From: Raillietiella orientalis
Taxonomy: Eukaryota
Assembly: GCA_036172245.1 (NCBI GenBank)
Contig: JAYWIR010000045.1
Location: 1,116,001 to 1,180,000 of the forward strand
DNA length: 64,000 nt
Reading direction: 5' to 3'
Shown piece by piece: positions 13,903 to 33,000 of the stretch. The position numbers were made by a program, and so were the translations under genes. The notes beneath the pieces were generated by a model. That model was not told the DNA's origin, made no database searches, and worked only from the letters and a program-made list of their open reading frames with translations. Positions within the stretch are counted from its first letter, which is position 1. Each line of letters opens with the position of its first letter.

Positions 13903-15349
13903 AGCCACGTAGTGTGTGCAGCAACGTTGTCATTAACTGCATCTTTCAAGTATCGTTGTAAAGCATCCCAGAGTCTACGGTTAATGATGGTCTGCTTCAC
14001 GTTTGAATGCTGCAAGTTAGAAAAATATTAGACGTATGACATGATTTATTATGTTAACGTTTTGCGTTTCTGGTGAATAGAAGGTTTGTTCTTATGAAAA
14101 GTAATTTTCTGCCATTTTTTGTACCGTGAAAATCAGAATGTATTATCGAATTAGTTGTGTTCAGTTGTTTTGCACATAAAAAATAATCCGTGGAAGTGGG
14201 AATTTGTAAATTGTGAACTTTGAGTTAATTCAATGTGAAACCTGATTGTAGAGTTAGTGCAGTTGATGTTACCCTTTTTTCTTTAGGTTTGCTCTTGTCT
14301 TTGCGATGATACGCCTCAACTATGCATATACGAAATTTTCCATTATGATGCAGTTCATTTCGAGAATCGCAATGCTTACCAGTGACTCTTTGTTTTCCTT
14401 CATGTTTTTTTGTATTTATAGTTAATGGTAAATCGAGGGAAAATTGCAAGCCTAGTTATTACGAATATTTGGCGCCCTTGCAAATGCTATGAATTTTTAA
14501 ATGTTTGCGTTTCTGTTTTCAGTTTGCTATCCTGAAAAGTAAAAGTGGTTATCAAGAAACAGTTGTTGCTATGCATGCCTATTTTGCAATATTCAGTAAT
14601 TCACATTAGTGAACTTGACTTGAGTTATAGTTACATTACTGAAGAAGAATGATCCGTGAATTTATGTTTTGTTTTGATATTCATGTTGTCTATTATTACT
14701 TTTCTTTCAAGTAGCTTAACGTGTATTATCCGTTTGAACTCAGCATGTTGATGCATGTAAAGGACAAAGCTGTGCATTTTTATAGCAGTAGAAAACAAAT
14801 AATTAACTGAACAAGTATTACTTATCCCTTAAAGGCAATGCTTGCTATTTGAATGAAGTTGTACGCAATTGCCTAGATTTTGCATACTTTCATTTATGGT
14901 CGTTGGCTGATTGATTCATACTATTAGGAATTTGAATTGCGGAAGTAAACTTCGATTCTGTACACCTACAGAGAAAAGTAAATTACATATTAATTTTGAA
15001 AACTTGTCAGTGCACTTGTATCACTGATTTAAAAAAAAAATACCGTATGCAAATTCTGATCTTTTGTTTAATGAATTATTGAAAAACTATATAATTGTAA
15101 CGATTTTAGTTTATTAATGAAAATATATAGTCATTATTGAGCCCAAATTCTTTGAGACCCCATAAGTCCAAAAATCTAAACTTTATTCAGAAACATAATT
15201 GAGGCGAATTGAAAGATTCCAGTCATGGTTTCAAATTCTTTTCATCTTTCAAATTTTGTTTTGTTTTTGAATAGGTGTGATAAAAAGCAAATATGCATTT
15301 TGAGAATTTGAAAGTAAATAAGGAAGTGTGAAGTGTTACTTTATTCAGA

Positions 15350-15431
15350 ATATTAAGGTTTGTGGATTAGATTCCATATTATTAACAATGGGTTGTTAAT
15401 AATATGGAATCTAATCCACAAACCTTAATAT
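15350..15431. repeat. Perfect inverted repeat (39-bp arms, 4-nt loop)
   Basis: ATATTAAGGTTTGTGGATTAGATTCCATATTATTAACAA-TGGG-TTGTTAATAATATGGAATCTAATCCACAAACCTTAATAT. Confidence 0.97.
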
Positions 15432-15749
15432 GCCATTTACTGGCTTTAGGAAAGCATTTGTTCATCTGTCATAAATAATATTAAATGGCATTTTTGTATT
15501 CTTTCATTGTGATGGATGTGGATGAATCTTGCTTTTGCTTTTCCTTTGTGGGCATTTTTGGTATCATTAGGAAACCATCAATGATTGTATTAATTATTGA
15601 GCAAATTGATTGCATATCACAATTTTGTAATTGATTTGAAGTTTGTTTACGTATTGTCATTTCAGGCACCCAAATACTTATTAATCACAGTTTCTTATCA
15701 TGTCATTACTAATTTCAGAATTTTATCAGTGTTGACTGTTTATTTTTGA

Positions 15750-21618
<5,869 letters not shown>

Positions 21619-24600
21619 TGGTGAAAGTTTATTGATTTCGCGATGTTCTTGATTGTGAGCAACGAATTTGGCATATTGCAGAGGAATTGAGTGTTAAATT
21701 ATATCGCAACTAAAAAGTTATGGGCAGTTCAACACATTCTTTTGTGTGTCTCAAGTAGCACAGTTCATATGACTTGATAGTTGTTTAATGTAATAAACTC
21801 ATTGTGAAAAAAAGTCTCAACGAAATTTAGTAATTCTTGCATCGGTTATTATTAAGGTCTGTGTTCGCACCCGAAATTGTGCTCTTGCACGGGAGGAAAG
21901 GATGCTGAACGTCTTTTTTTTTTCTTGGAAGAAATGCAGGTGTTGGTGCGCCCCGTTGGTGCCCCCTTTTCCAGACGTGTGCCCGATGGCGTGGCGTGCA
22001 TCGTCACGTGGGACGTTTGTCCACAGAAGGAAGAAGCAGCAGCAGCTTACGGCGGTTCCCGTTTCCGTGGGAACAGTACCACTTACTGCACATGCCAAGT
22101 GCAGGCGGTTTCGATTACTTTTACTTGCTTTGGTGCTTTTTTTCCTTTTTTGCCTCCTTTCAGGAGTGGGCGATTCGGTGAAAACCCCCCACGGCAGGTT
22201 CTGCTGTTGCTTGTGCCTCCTATCGATTCCTGTTGGCAGCCTTGAATGTTTGTTTTGGGTACCTTTTTCGTTGTTCCAGCGAAAGTGGCTGCAGCACGCC
22301 GCGTGTGTGATAGGTGTATCACAGTGTTTGCCCATTTTCTCCATGTTGAATTGGCATTTTCGTCGTTCTATCCCAAGGTTATTCCTTACGTGGCTGCTAT
22401 GGTACGTGTAGTACTACTGAGGTACACGTAGCAAGTTGCATCCGAGAGTAATTTCAGTGTAAGACATTGCAGGTAATTGCTTAGTGGTAGCACTTGCCAT
22501 CATCATCGCTTTCCCAATATATCATTCGGTTCTGTGGTATACGAAGCGCTTCTCCAAGAACGATATCGTAGAATCCACTCATGTATTGCATGTGTTTGTG
22601 TTTGTCTTCCGTTTTGCAAAGGTTTCCAAAAGAAAAAAAAAAAAACAACTCTTTGCTTTGCAGTTCCGTATGCTCTTGATTTCCGGTGCTTTCGTTGTGA
22701 TGTCCCTTCCGGATTCATTGTGAAATTTGAGCTGCTATTTACTGTGTTCAATGTATCGCGTTTCATCCTCCTTTGTTTCGTGCCATTCGTTACTTCTTGA
22801 TGCTGAGGACCAGCCTGAAAATCATGAACTGTTCTCCCGTGTGCAGTGTGTTGCGAGTAATATCTGACCAATTTAATAAAGATACTGTATTCGTAATGAT
22901 AATTCCTTCTTGAAATTATATAGTGATGAGTACCGAGTGGCACCTCTTGAAGTGCGTTTTCACAATTCTTGGGTTCGTACAGATCTAATAGGAGTTCCGA
23001 ACCTTCAAAGAACAGCCGTTTGCCAAAAGACACGGGAAATTCCGGAATGCCGCTTTCAAATGTGGCAGATGTCGGAGAAAACTGCAACTCTTGTAAGATG
23101 GAGCTTGAAACTCAATAAAGCCCTCCGGAAAGGCCTTCCGTAAAAGTTTAAATACCGATCTTGTTGATGTAGCAGCCAGTCGTCGAGGATCTTGTGCGAT
23201 TCTGAGTAGAGCATACCGTTCTCACGATGGTGGAACATTTCTTTCAGCAAATAAAAAACCGCGAAGCATAGTCGACGTGCTTCCCGGAGGTGATGGGTAC
23301 AGGCGCTTTGGAGCATCGATTTTGTTCTGGGATCGTACAAGTCCCGAAACGATACTATTCTAATATTAAATAGATGAAACGGTACATGCATTTTCCGGAA
23401 GATGAGACCCCCTAGATTTGATGCAGCTGTACATTTATGATTAATTAATGTGTGTCGACATGAATTATTAGCAAATAATGGAGGGACTGCTAAAATAGAA
23501 AGAAGAACACATAGCGAAATCATCAGGGCGATAAAATAAAAGCGTAGAGAGCTTTAGGTTTCGAAAGAGCAAAGACGTCGGATTCTTGGTACACTACCGT
23601 TGCATCGACTAAATTGTGCTTCCGTGGCTTCGGATAACGTCTTTTACGCGTGTGTTTGTCAGGTCCTAACGTGAACAACTTTTCTAGTTTTAAGATTTGG
23701 TGCCAACTCGAAGGGCCTCTGGAGATTCCATGATACAGCCAGTGCTCCAAACCCAGATTAATGAGGTAGTACCATTAGGTCACATGAATGAAATCAGTTT
23801 TTTCGGCGACTCACGAGAAACTTGGATTTCCGTGAGACAGAGAGAAATACGCATGGGAACCCGGTCCAGCATCGCAAGGAAAGCAGCGATTTTCTTCAAG
23901 AGCAAGCTGTCTTCAGAACATGGATCTAGAGAAACGTAGCTGGTTTGCCACTTGAAAAGAAAAAAAAGCGAAAGAAAGAAGGAAGGAAGTGTGGAATAGG
24001 CACACACTTATTCGCAATGGCAGTTCAGGAAACTGGTGAAGAAAGGGGGGTTAGAGAGCATCTGGCCACTGATTACCAACTGGATGGGCCAACTGTATTC
24101 ATCGTAGACAGGAAAATTCAAGTGAGCACTTTCGCAAACTCAAAGTTTGGGAATAGCTCGTTAGCCATGAGGAGAAGGAAATGGTAACGGTTGTCACACG
24201 AGCCAGAGTGAAAAAGGGTTCTGCCCAAGTGGTAGGACGTTTGCTACGTCTGCTTGCGGCTTTTCCCGAATGTACCTCGCGACGCCCTTGAATAAACCGT
24301 GCACAGTTCAGGAGGAGCGGATTTTAAAACTGCTCACGCTGGACTGAAGTATGCGAGACAGGGATGCTGGAGACCGCCGCACCAGAACAGTTTGCAATAT
24401 CCCACATCGGCACCGTGTGCAAGGATCTTCGCAACTGAACTCTGACTTAAATGGGAGCAGCAGACATCTGGTAGACCCAGATTCGTGAAATTCTTAGTGT
24501 GGATTTTAAAGGATCACGAGTAGGTTTTCTCTGCAAAGCAAGGGGATAACACTTTGAACACTGTTGAAGCCCAAAGGTAGGTTCAGGATGACATCAAGAA

Positions 24601-25721
24601 ATGAAACTAGAAAAGACAGACAAAATGCTTGGAAAGGTTAAGATAAAGCTAGTCCGAAATACCAACGAAAGAAAACAAATAGATAAATAGAGCTAGGGGA
24701 TTGCTTGGATGGGTGATCTGCATCAGGCGGTACACCTGTACATGAACAGCAGCATGGCTTCCCATCATCCCACTGGGACTGCGCACGTTCCTTCCGAGTA
24801 CAAACTGTTGCGTTGTTGCCGAAACCACAGTTGCAGATCAGGACTGCAAGCTGATGAGTGGAGGGCGATTGCGGTTTCGATGGAAACCAAGTCTTTCGCA
24901 CGCGCTTGGATCGTAGGTTCCCAATCATATTTGCCCACCGCCCCCTTTTCAGATAAAAAGTCACTCATCGCCCCCCTGAAAATGTACCTTCTTTAAGTGA
25001 ACAAACAGAAAGATGCAGTGACAAATCTGCCGTATTTTATGTATCTGAATTTCTTCTATCTACGTCCTACAGCATCGTAAGAAAAGATTATGCAAATAAA
25101 ACATGTTGAAGATTAGATTATTCATTGGAATCGACCATAGTAACATTCGCATTATACACGGAAAATTACGATAACGAAGGATAATATCAGCATAAAAATC
25201 ACGAACATGAAAAATAAATCGAATGAGAAGGATGAACCTGGACGCTGTTATCAATTTGTTAATATTCCGGCTCTGTATTTGTCAGCTCCATTCTTAAATC
25301 ACCGCGATTAGTTAATTGCAGTCGGTTTCCTTTTTTGGTTGACAGATTTGTGACTGTACTGAACCCACGTTGCAGAAATATGGTGAAGGAAATGCAATTA
25401 AAAACTTCTGTACCATGGCATATAGAAAATAGACGTTTGTACGGACGGTTTTTTTAAATTCTCTTATCTTCTCCTCTTTCTTTTTTCTTTCACCACCACC
25501 ATCACCCATTTTTATTCAGCGACCCCCCCCCCCCCCAATTGCACTTGAGGCTACTGTCGCTTCCTTGAATCGTTCCAGCGCCCACCAAGGGGCGGTTTCG
25601 CCCACTTTGGGAAGCACTGCCTTGGATGATGAAAATCCCGTTGGGTTCTTTTCTGTCTTCGCTGGTTGCCTTCCAGCTTCTTCTTTTTTTGTTTTTTTAG
25701 GGTTTTCTCTTTTTTGGTTCG

Positions 25722-25943
25722 CTAAGTACCTCAAGAACCGTCGCGCGCCTGGCGGCTAACACGCAGCTCTTTAACACTGTTCCACGTCACCCGAGAGTGC
25801 ATGTGAACTCGACAAGATAGGGCACCACACTATGGATCCAGGAAGGACTTCAGAGGAAGCAGTCCGTTCCTCTCACGCCTGGGAAAGAATCCCGAAAGAA
25901 TCCCTTCACTCTGGTTGTCTCCGAAGGGAATCCGGAAAGGATC
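25722..25943 (-). repeat. Dispersed repeat copy A (homologous, inverted, to 32818-33173); probable retroposon 3' end
   Basis: The reverse complement of 25918-25943 is identical (26/26) to 32818-32843, and the reverse complement of 25722-25736 equals 33159-33173. An A-rich tail follows on the minus strand (T-rich 25683-25714). Confidence 0.8.
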
Positions 25944-26099
25944 CGCTGGTGCCAAGCGCGTAGACCGTAATGATACGGCCTCTGACACTTCAGAAGTTTG
26001 GATTTAGCATTATAGTGGTGTTAGGAAAGCGTGTAAGACAGTGTCTTCCGTGCACACGCTCAACGTTTCTTCGAAGTAGAATAGATGGCGCCACTTGAA

Positions 26100-28070
26100 T
26101 TTGCTTGGAGACCCTGCCTATGGAGTTGAAGACCATAGCTTTAGTTTACTAACAACGGTCTCCGTGTCCTGGGAAGCTTCCTGTGCTTTCAGTTGTTTTC
26201 GGAAAGCTTGGGATGAGTAATCCTTTTGGTGATGGCATGCGAAAGAGAGCAGCCTGCGGGTATTTTAGTAATGAGACTCTGCTCATCACTTGTGACTGTG
26301 GGATAAGAAGACTTTCTTTTGCCTCTTCACTTTGAGAAAGGGCTGACATGGACGCTTTCTTATTACCCTTGGCATCTGTGGCGCTCATCATCAACACTGT
26401 TGAATAACTGGGTTGCTAGGGACAGCGGGCAAGGGGAGATTTCTTGCTGTTCTGAGACACCACCGCTAAAGTTACGGTAGTGTCCATTCACTCTCCTTCT
26501 AGCCAGTGTCATGAAAGAAGGAAGTGGGCAGACAGGGTTAGAGTTGTATTGCTGACGGGGCCTTTTGTGGACTCCAAAGGGATTCACCCTTTTCTTAAGC
26601 CATCTTCGATGCTTTCAAGACAGCTTTGTTATGAAATAATTCAGAGACCAGCATTTTTCACGCTTTACAACTAAGAAACCAAAAAGGCTGCTCTTCGTGA
26701 CGACGCCCTGGTCTTTGCTTCATTTTTTTTCGAAACTGAATCCTGCGAGCTTATTATTCCCAAGCCAAGTAAAAAAAACAAGCAAGCAAACAAACAAAAC
26801 AAAAGAGGTGGGGAGAACAATCACAGTGCACATGAATCGAAGACAAGATTCTCCGAGTGCCTTGACAAAAAGGAGAACATTTCCTGTCCTAAGCCTGTAC
26901 CGAACCGAAGAGCCCACTTAGGCATGCTCACTCAGGTCGAGTTCATGGCTGTGCAGGAGGCTGGAGACACTTCTTTACGCATTTATGGTAGCGAAACTGT
27001 GGAATGTAATCGAATTTCCAGTCGAGCAAACGAATCGCATTTCCCACGACCGCAAAGCTTCTCCAACAGGACTACGACATGCAAACATGGTATCCGCTGA
27101 AATATTTCCTTCAGATGCTCTGCGCTCATATCCGGTTGCTGCTTCCCAGAGCGCATCTATGCGGTTTACTTGCTTGAACGTAAACATCCTCGAAGTACCT
27201 AATTCTGGAACCTATGCCCACTTTCGACAGCGGCACGCATAGATGCCCCTTTTCCACTGATGGCAAAAAGGGCAATTCTGAAGTGAACCAAACAAGCATA
27301 GCTCTTCATCGGAAGGTGCTTGCCTCTACGAGTCGCTCTTCGTTTCTTTCTTTCTTAGCAAAACGCATCTGCCTTTGTGCTGCGGATCTCTTTGGAGCAG
27401 ATGGGAGTGTCTAGCAGCACTCCTTTTGTACCCGGGAGGACAGTCCCATGGTTCTGTTGAGAAACATCTCTCCAAGCATGACGAACTGGGTCTCCTGCCA
27501 CAGGGATCGCAATGCTTAGTTGCGTTTGCGATGTAGAAACGGCGCGTTACTCAAGGTGCTATGTCAGTCAAGCAGGGAAGGCATCCCAGCATGCCATCTG
27601 GGCATGTCACCTCTTCGTTCGCGACGCCCTTCGGCTCGTTAGCTCTCTAGGAACTCTTTGCTGCCTATGCGGGGCTGTAGCTGCCTGGAGCGACGCAAGA
27701 AGAGGACACAGCGACTGGAATGCTATCCGCTTTGCCGTCCGATTCATGAGGATGTCAGCGAGATGGCCCCACCTGGAAAACTTCGTCCAGCAAAAGTTTG
27801 CCGGCATCCTGCAGAGGATGCAGAGGACCGCCCCTAGCAGAGCGTGATAAGTTCCAGCATCATTCTCACCCCCCCTCCCAGATTTGTTTATTTGTTTTTA
27901 TTTTCGTTTCCTTTTTTTTCATTTTTGTTTGATCCCTCTCCTCTACTGCCGCGGCGGACCTCGCCGGTCTGAGCACCGGTAACGAGGCAGGTTCATATCA
28001 AAAAGAGCGTGGTTGGACCACTGGTTTAACCAGGGACATTATAAATGTTTATTTTTTTATACGAAATAAA
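26100..28070 (+). mobile_element. Decayed LINE 3' portion (RNase H-like and CCHC-like remnants, 3' UTR)
   Basis: GKKGNSEVNQ (27214 ORF) resembles the RNase H GNE.AD motif. C....SQHAIWAC (27512 ORF) resembles the C-terminal zinc knuckle. These are followed by a pyrimidine tract, a GC hairpin and AATAAA near 28065. Confidence 0.4.
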
Positions 28071-28699
28071 CGCGCTCCGGCGCAACTGGGAGATCTGGCC
28101 ACGCCTACCGAGAGGCTATGGAGAGTATATCTGGAAAGAAGAGCAAAGGATGGCATAACTCGCATCTCTAAAGGATCTGGCAGTTGACTTGCGGAGGTGA
28201 CCAGTGACCCTCCCATAGTTGTATTTTTACTTTTTCTCCCCTCTTTCCCTTTGTGATCTTTCTTAGCAACCTACCTGAGAGTCTGTGGTCTTCCCAAAGT
28301 TCTTGGACTTACATAGGAATCAGCATCTCACACTCAGACATCGTCGTCATTTATTGTTTGTAACGAACTCCCGACATGACCAGCAGGAAACCCTGCGAAA
28401 ACGTATGAAGCAGCGAAAAATAGATTTGGGAACAAGTAATGATCTTCCTGATTGTACTAGTGGGTGGCCCTCCCTCTCTTGAAATTTAGATCTGAAAACT
28501 TTTCACCCTCTGCACAAGCCAACTTTAGGATCATACGGCGAAAGGACTAAAGTCCCTGGAAAAAACTCGTACGCTCGGTTTATTCTGGGACCGTTTTCGC
28601 CATGATCGTTTCTTTACCCGAACAGACGAGCACGAGAATGGATTCCCTGTTAATTTGAGCGTCATCGACGTCGATTTTGGGAAGCAGCAGACAGGAACC

Positions 28700-29600
28700 C
28701 TCTCCGATCTTTACAGGAACAGTTATGTTTACATTGGAAATGTTCCATCTCTTTTCCTGGGACTATTTTCTCCTCTCCCGCATAACACTGCTGCATTTTC
28801 AGCGTTCCTTTTTCTCCGAATTTATAAACAACCCATCGTAACCATGTTCAACCTACTGAAATGGGGAAGCAAAAAAAAAAAAAAAATCGCACGCCGCTTT
28901 CTACTCTTTCTATTCTTTTTCTGTTTGTTAGGGCCGACCTTGCCGCAACAGCTCCAGTTTGCCATTGGCTTCATCAGACCAGCATATGATACAGCACGAA
29001 ATGTTTCTTGTGGATGGAAAATGCAACGATTCCAATAGAGAACTTTGAAAACGTAAACTCCAAACTTTGGAATGTCTTGCACAACACATCTGTCGGTTTG
29101 CCCTCTGCCAGTCTCAACTTCATCACAGATGTGCCAGACATATGCCCTTCGGAGTTGAATCCCTTCCGAAAATCGGATGACTAATGTTCTAATTATTTGG
29201 AACCGACTCCTTAATCTCAGCCTTACGATCCTTGGCAAGTCGCTTTTTCGACTCAACTTGGATCTCTCGAACGACTTTCTTCAATTTACCCCTTCCTCAA
29301 CACTGTCTCAATTGCTACTGCATCCTTTATTTCATGTATCAATTTCGAATCGGAGAAATGAAGGATGACATTGTTCTCGATTCAACCCAACAAACTATAG
29401 AAGTGCTGGGATAACAAGCTATGGCATCAGATGAAGAACAGGAACTCGATTTCTTGAGGAATCGTTCAGTCTGCCTGCTGGTCCTACCTGTCGATATCCG
29501 ATCTGGAATTCGCCCATCCTTCAACTTCCGTCAGTACCTCGTATCCGATAATCACGAAATGATCAGTTTTTAAATTTCATTGAAAGCCTTCTGTCTTTAA
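28700..29600 (-). mobile_element. Decayed LINE ORF1 (gag-like) remnant
   Basis: ORF 28822-29256 has NRCIFH...WSCCGKVG, resembling degenerate ORF1 zinc knuckles. Confidence 0.3.
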
Positions 29601-30059
29601 ATATTCTCAGCGCTTCATCTCTTGAGGGACATGAAATGCCAAGAAGTTTCAGGATCTAGTCTTGGATTTTGTCTTCTGTAACCACGATGCCTTCCTTAGC
29701 CATCATCTGCAGCCAGTGCCTTGTCCAAGGACCATTTAGGAACTGTCTCTCACACCACCACTCCTCCTCACAACAGCAGGGATTAAGGAAGCGTCGCATT
29801 CCTTTTCCGAAGGGAAATTAACCCGACAACGGCGCCATTTTGAGAGAAAATAACCGCTTCTGAACCTCACTCTCCAGGATGCCTCCTATCTTACTGATCA
29901 TCTCCTGCTTCTTCACCAAGGTTTCCAGAAGCACTTCTTTTCTTTCTATCCCTGAGACAGCATGTTCCATGCGTTGGACCTTCGCTTCGCAGTCTCCATT
30001 TTCACATCAAGAATCTTCTCCACGTTTACCCCGTCACCCCGGGACGTCCATTACATAGA

Positions 30060-33000
30060 ACAAATGTACAAGAGTAGGGACAGAATTTCGCAGAATTTCG
30101 TTAGGGCAGGAGCACCGACTCACCGGCCAGCTGCGTATCAAGACGGGAGCAAAGGGAAAGAGACAATAAATAAGTACAGGAAAAAAAAAGAAGAGAAACG
30201 GGAAAGGGCTGGAAGGGGTAGGAGTGTTTGCTTAAACGTTCGAAGCGTTCGACGAGCCTGGCGATGTCTTCTTTATGAAGGCTTCTTTATGAAGGTCTGA
30301 CCATCTCGTTGCATCCTTCATCGTCGAGGCTGCAATACGAGCCTCGCCGATGAACTCGCGTTGCTTCGAGGTTGCGACCCAAAGCGGGAAGGAGTCGCCG
30401 CACTGCGGACGCAACCTAAGGTCGCGCGATCCCAGCTCTAGGCGAGAGCCCTATCACTCCTCGCGAAGAAGCGGTGCAGCGATTCTCGGTTGGAGGAGAG
30501 CTGTCGCCAGCCCGATGCCAGCCACAGAGGGCACCGTAGGGCATTCAGTACGTGAGGGAGTGACTCTGCGCCTGACGCAGCCCCTCCCTCGTCTCGGTGC
30601 TCTTTGCCCTGGGAAACCCAGCGTAAAAAGAGCATCACCTCCTGCTGTTACTTAAGGGGGAGGGCGGAGGCGTTCACAAGTAGGAGAGCAGTTCGGTCCA
30701 TTGAATGCAATCTCTTGACCCGAAAGCGTGGTGTAGCCACGTCGACCAACTCCGTCTTCTAATCGTCCAGGAATTTCTGTTCTCCTGCAATCATGCAGGA
30801 GAACTTGCACCCTGCCGACAAACCTCCACCGACGTTTCCTGCCCACAGGGCAGACAGCGCTGCGGCAGACGGTGCACAAGCGGCCCGAGTCCACTTGGTC
30901 CAGTCTTATCCAGGAGCAGCAACCCCGAAAGGACGAAGAGGATCAAGTTACTCCGGGCGAGGTAGGTATGAATCCATGAGCGTTGCTCAAGGATTCATAC
31001 CTGCAGAAGCCAAGCCAAGAGCACTGGCTCCTCCAAAACTCCGCGACCATAGACCTTTGTATTGGCCGTGTCTCTTGACGATGGGGTGAAGAGTAGGCGG
31101 CGTGATGAAGACGGACGAAATGCAAAACTAGCAGCCAAATGTGGGGAGTCGAAAATTGCCGGGAACTACAGGTGCCGGGATAACCAACCGGTGGAACAGA
31201 AACTCTCCCTGAATCTCACAAAACCGCCGTTTTCTTTTGATGACGGGCGTGGTTCATGATGGCTCGATGGCATCCATTGCGAAGGGGGATCCTTCGCGTC
31301 ATTTGCTGACGTTGCGCCGTTCCTTTCTCATTCCATATCTCTTCATCACAGCAGTCGGACCGATGCAGCGGAAACAAGAAAGCAGTGACAGATATATTTT
31401 GTCTTCATTTTTCCTTTCTCCTTTTTTTCCATCTCGCTAATAAACGTCACGCACTGCGCCATGCAGATCTCTGCTTCCGAAAATAATATAGTCGCACGCA
31501 TGTTCCAAGTATTCTTCACCATATGCAGACCCTTACTGCATTCCTTCGGGATCCTTCCGCGGAAGTAGGCGTGAGGGGAGACAGCCCTGCCCGGGAGGAA
31601 GATGGGCTGCGTCGGAAAGCTGCCGCCTCAGCTTACATCCAGGTGAAGCCAGGTAAGTCACCGTCACAAAGAGGCTTGTGCAGATACAACGCTCCGCATC
31701 AGCCAGCATCCCATGGCCTCTTCGTTGCCTCACCGGCGCGTTGCCGCCGCATGGCCGTGTGGCATTCCCGTTCTGCCTCGCTCTTCAATCTGTCTCCGAC
31801 GGAGGATCACAGAAGGAAAGAGCTGCAGGTTTTCCTGTAGGAAGGGTCTCCAAGGAGGATGCCCTAGTCAGCTGACGCGGCTTTCTTGATCTTCCTGGCA
31901 GGAAGTTCCCGCGCATGACCAGTTCCCCGCAGACAAAAAGAACAGAGAATGCGTAGTGCCCACTATTCTGATCGTATACGGACACATGAATGCCGAGTTC
32001 TCCCAGGATTCACCAACCTCCGACGAACGTCTTCTATCCTTGAGACTGCAAGAATGAAAAGGAGTGAGTCTAGGGAAAAAACAGCGATTCTGTCCCAGCC
32101 GTCTCCACCTTCAGGCTGCAGCAATGGCGTTCGCTAAAGGATTCATATCGGAATGGTCAAGATGCCCCTTCGTATTCCTCTTCCCTCACTCTGAGCTGGA
32201 TCGGCAAGTCCGTCATGAAGTGCGGAGAACTTGCGAATGTTCCCATACACTTCCTGTGCGCCCTCGCACGACCCTGCCCGCGTCGGAGGCTTTGTGGTTA
32301 AGGCTTCCGCGCGTGGTACCGTGTGTCGCGGGATCGAATACTCCGGCAGAAACTGAAGTCACTGCGTCGTTGGGTTCCGAGCTTCTGCAATGGCTCTGGC
32401 TGACCGAAACATTCGGGCGTGGCACAGGTGGTGGTTTAAGCCGGAGGTCCCCGATGAAGGCAAGAACAACCTTCAGGTCCTTCCAGGAATAAAGGAGTGG
32501 GGAGTTCCCCCTCCGGTCGTGCAACGGAGAGCAAACTCCCCTACACCGGGGGGACCCCTCCGGTTTCAAGATGGAGCAGGAGCCTTCACAGGCATCTCTC
32601 CAGTTGTTTAAAGGAGCGGACCTCCCTGTTGCAGGGAGATCCTCTGAGTCGCCCCCTCTCCAGAAGAGTGCAAGGAAGCAAGCGAGAGCGATCCCCCTGC
32701 GGGAAGCTACAGAGCCCCTCCTGAATTTCGGAAGCGTCCCTTCGGGGTTCTCTTCAGAGGATTGAACAGGAGCGGTCCCCTTGCGTGTTCCCTCCGGAGA
32801 AGAAATTCCTATTAGCAGATCCTTTCCGGATTCCCTTCGGAGAAGATGAAATGGAGGGGATCACCCCCCTCCCAGATGGTGTCCCTTCGGAGAGAATGAG
32901 GAAGGAGATTCCTTACCGGGTTCCCCTTCGGAGACAACCAGGGTGGGAGGTGAGACCATTTCATCCCGGGGGGGATACCTTCCCAAGCGTGAGCGGAATA

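Noticed and set aside
13893..13961. ORF MMAEPRSVCSNVVINCIFQ as an OGT first coding exon
   Set aside because: Its possible donor is phase 0 whereas exon 2 needs phase 1, and a good in-frame first exon exists at 15750-15852. At most a uORF.
21817..23523. Several overlapping 120-190 aa ORFs downstream of OGT
   Set aside because: No recognisable domains, ORFs on both strands, low-complexity runs. Best explained as OGT 3' UTR and intergenic sequence.
32735..32941. CRISPR-like repeat-spacer array
   Set aside because: Repeats are short and degenerate, spacing is irregular, the context is a eukaryotic TE, and there are no cas genes.
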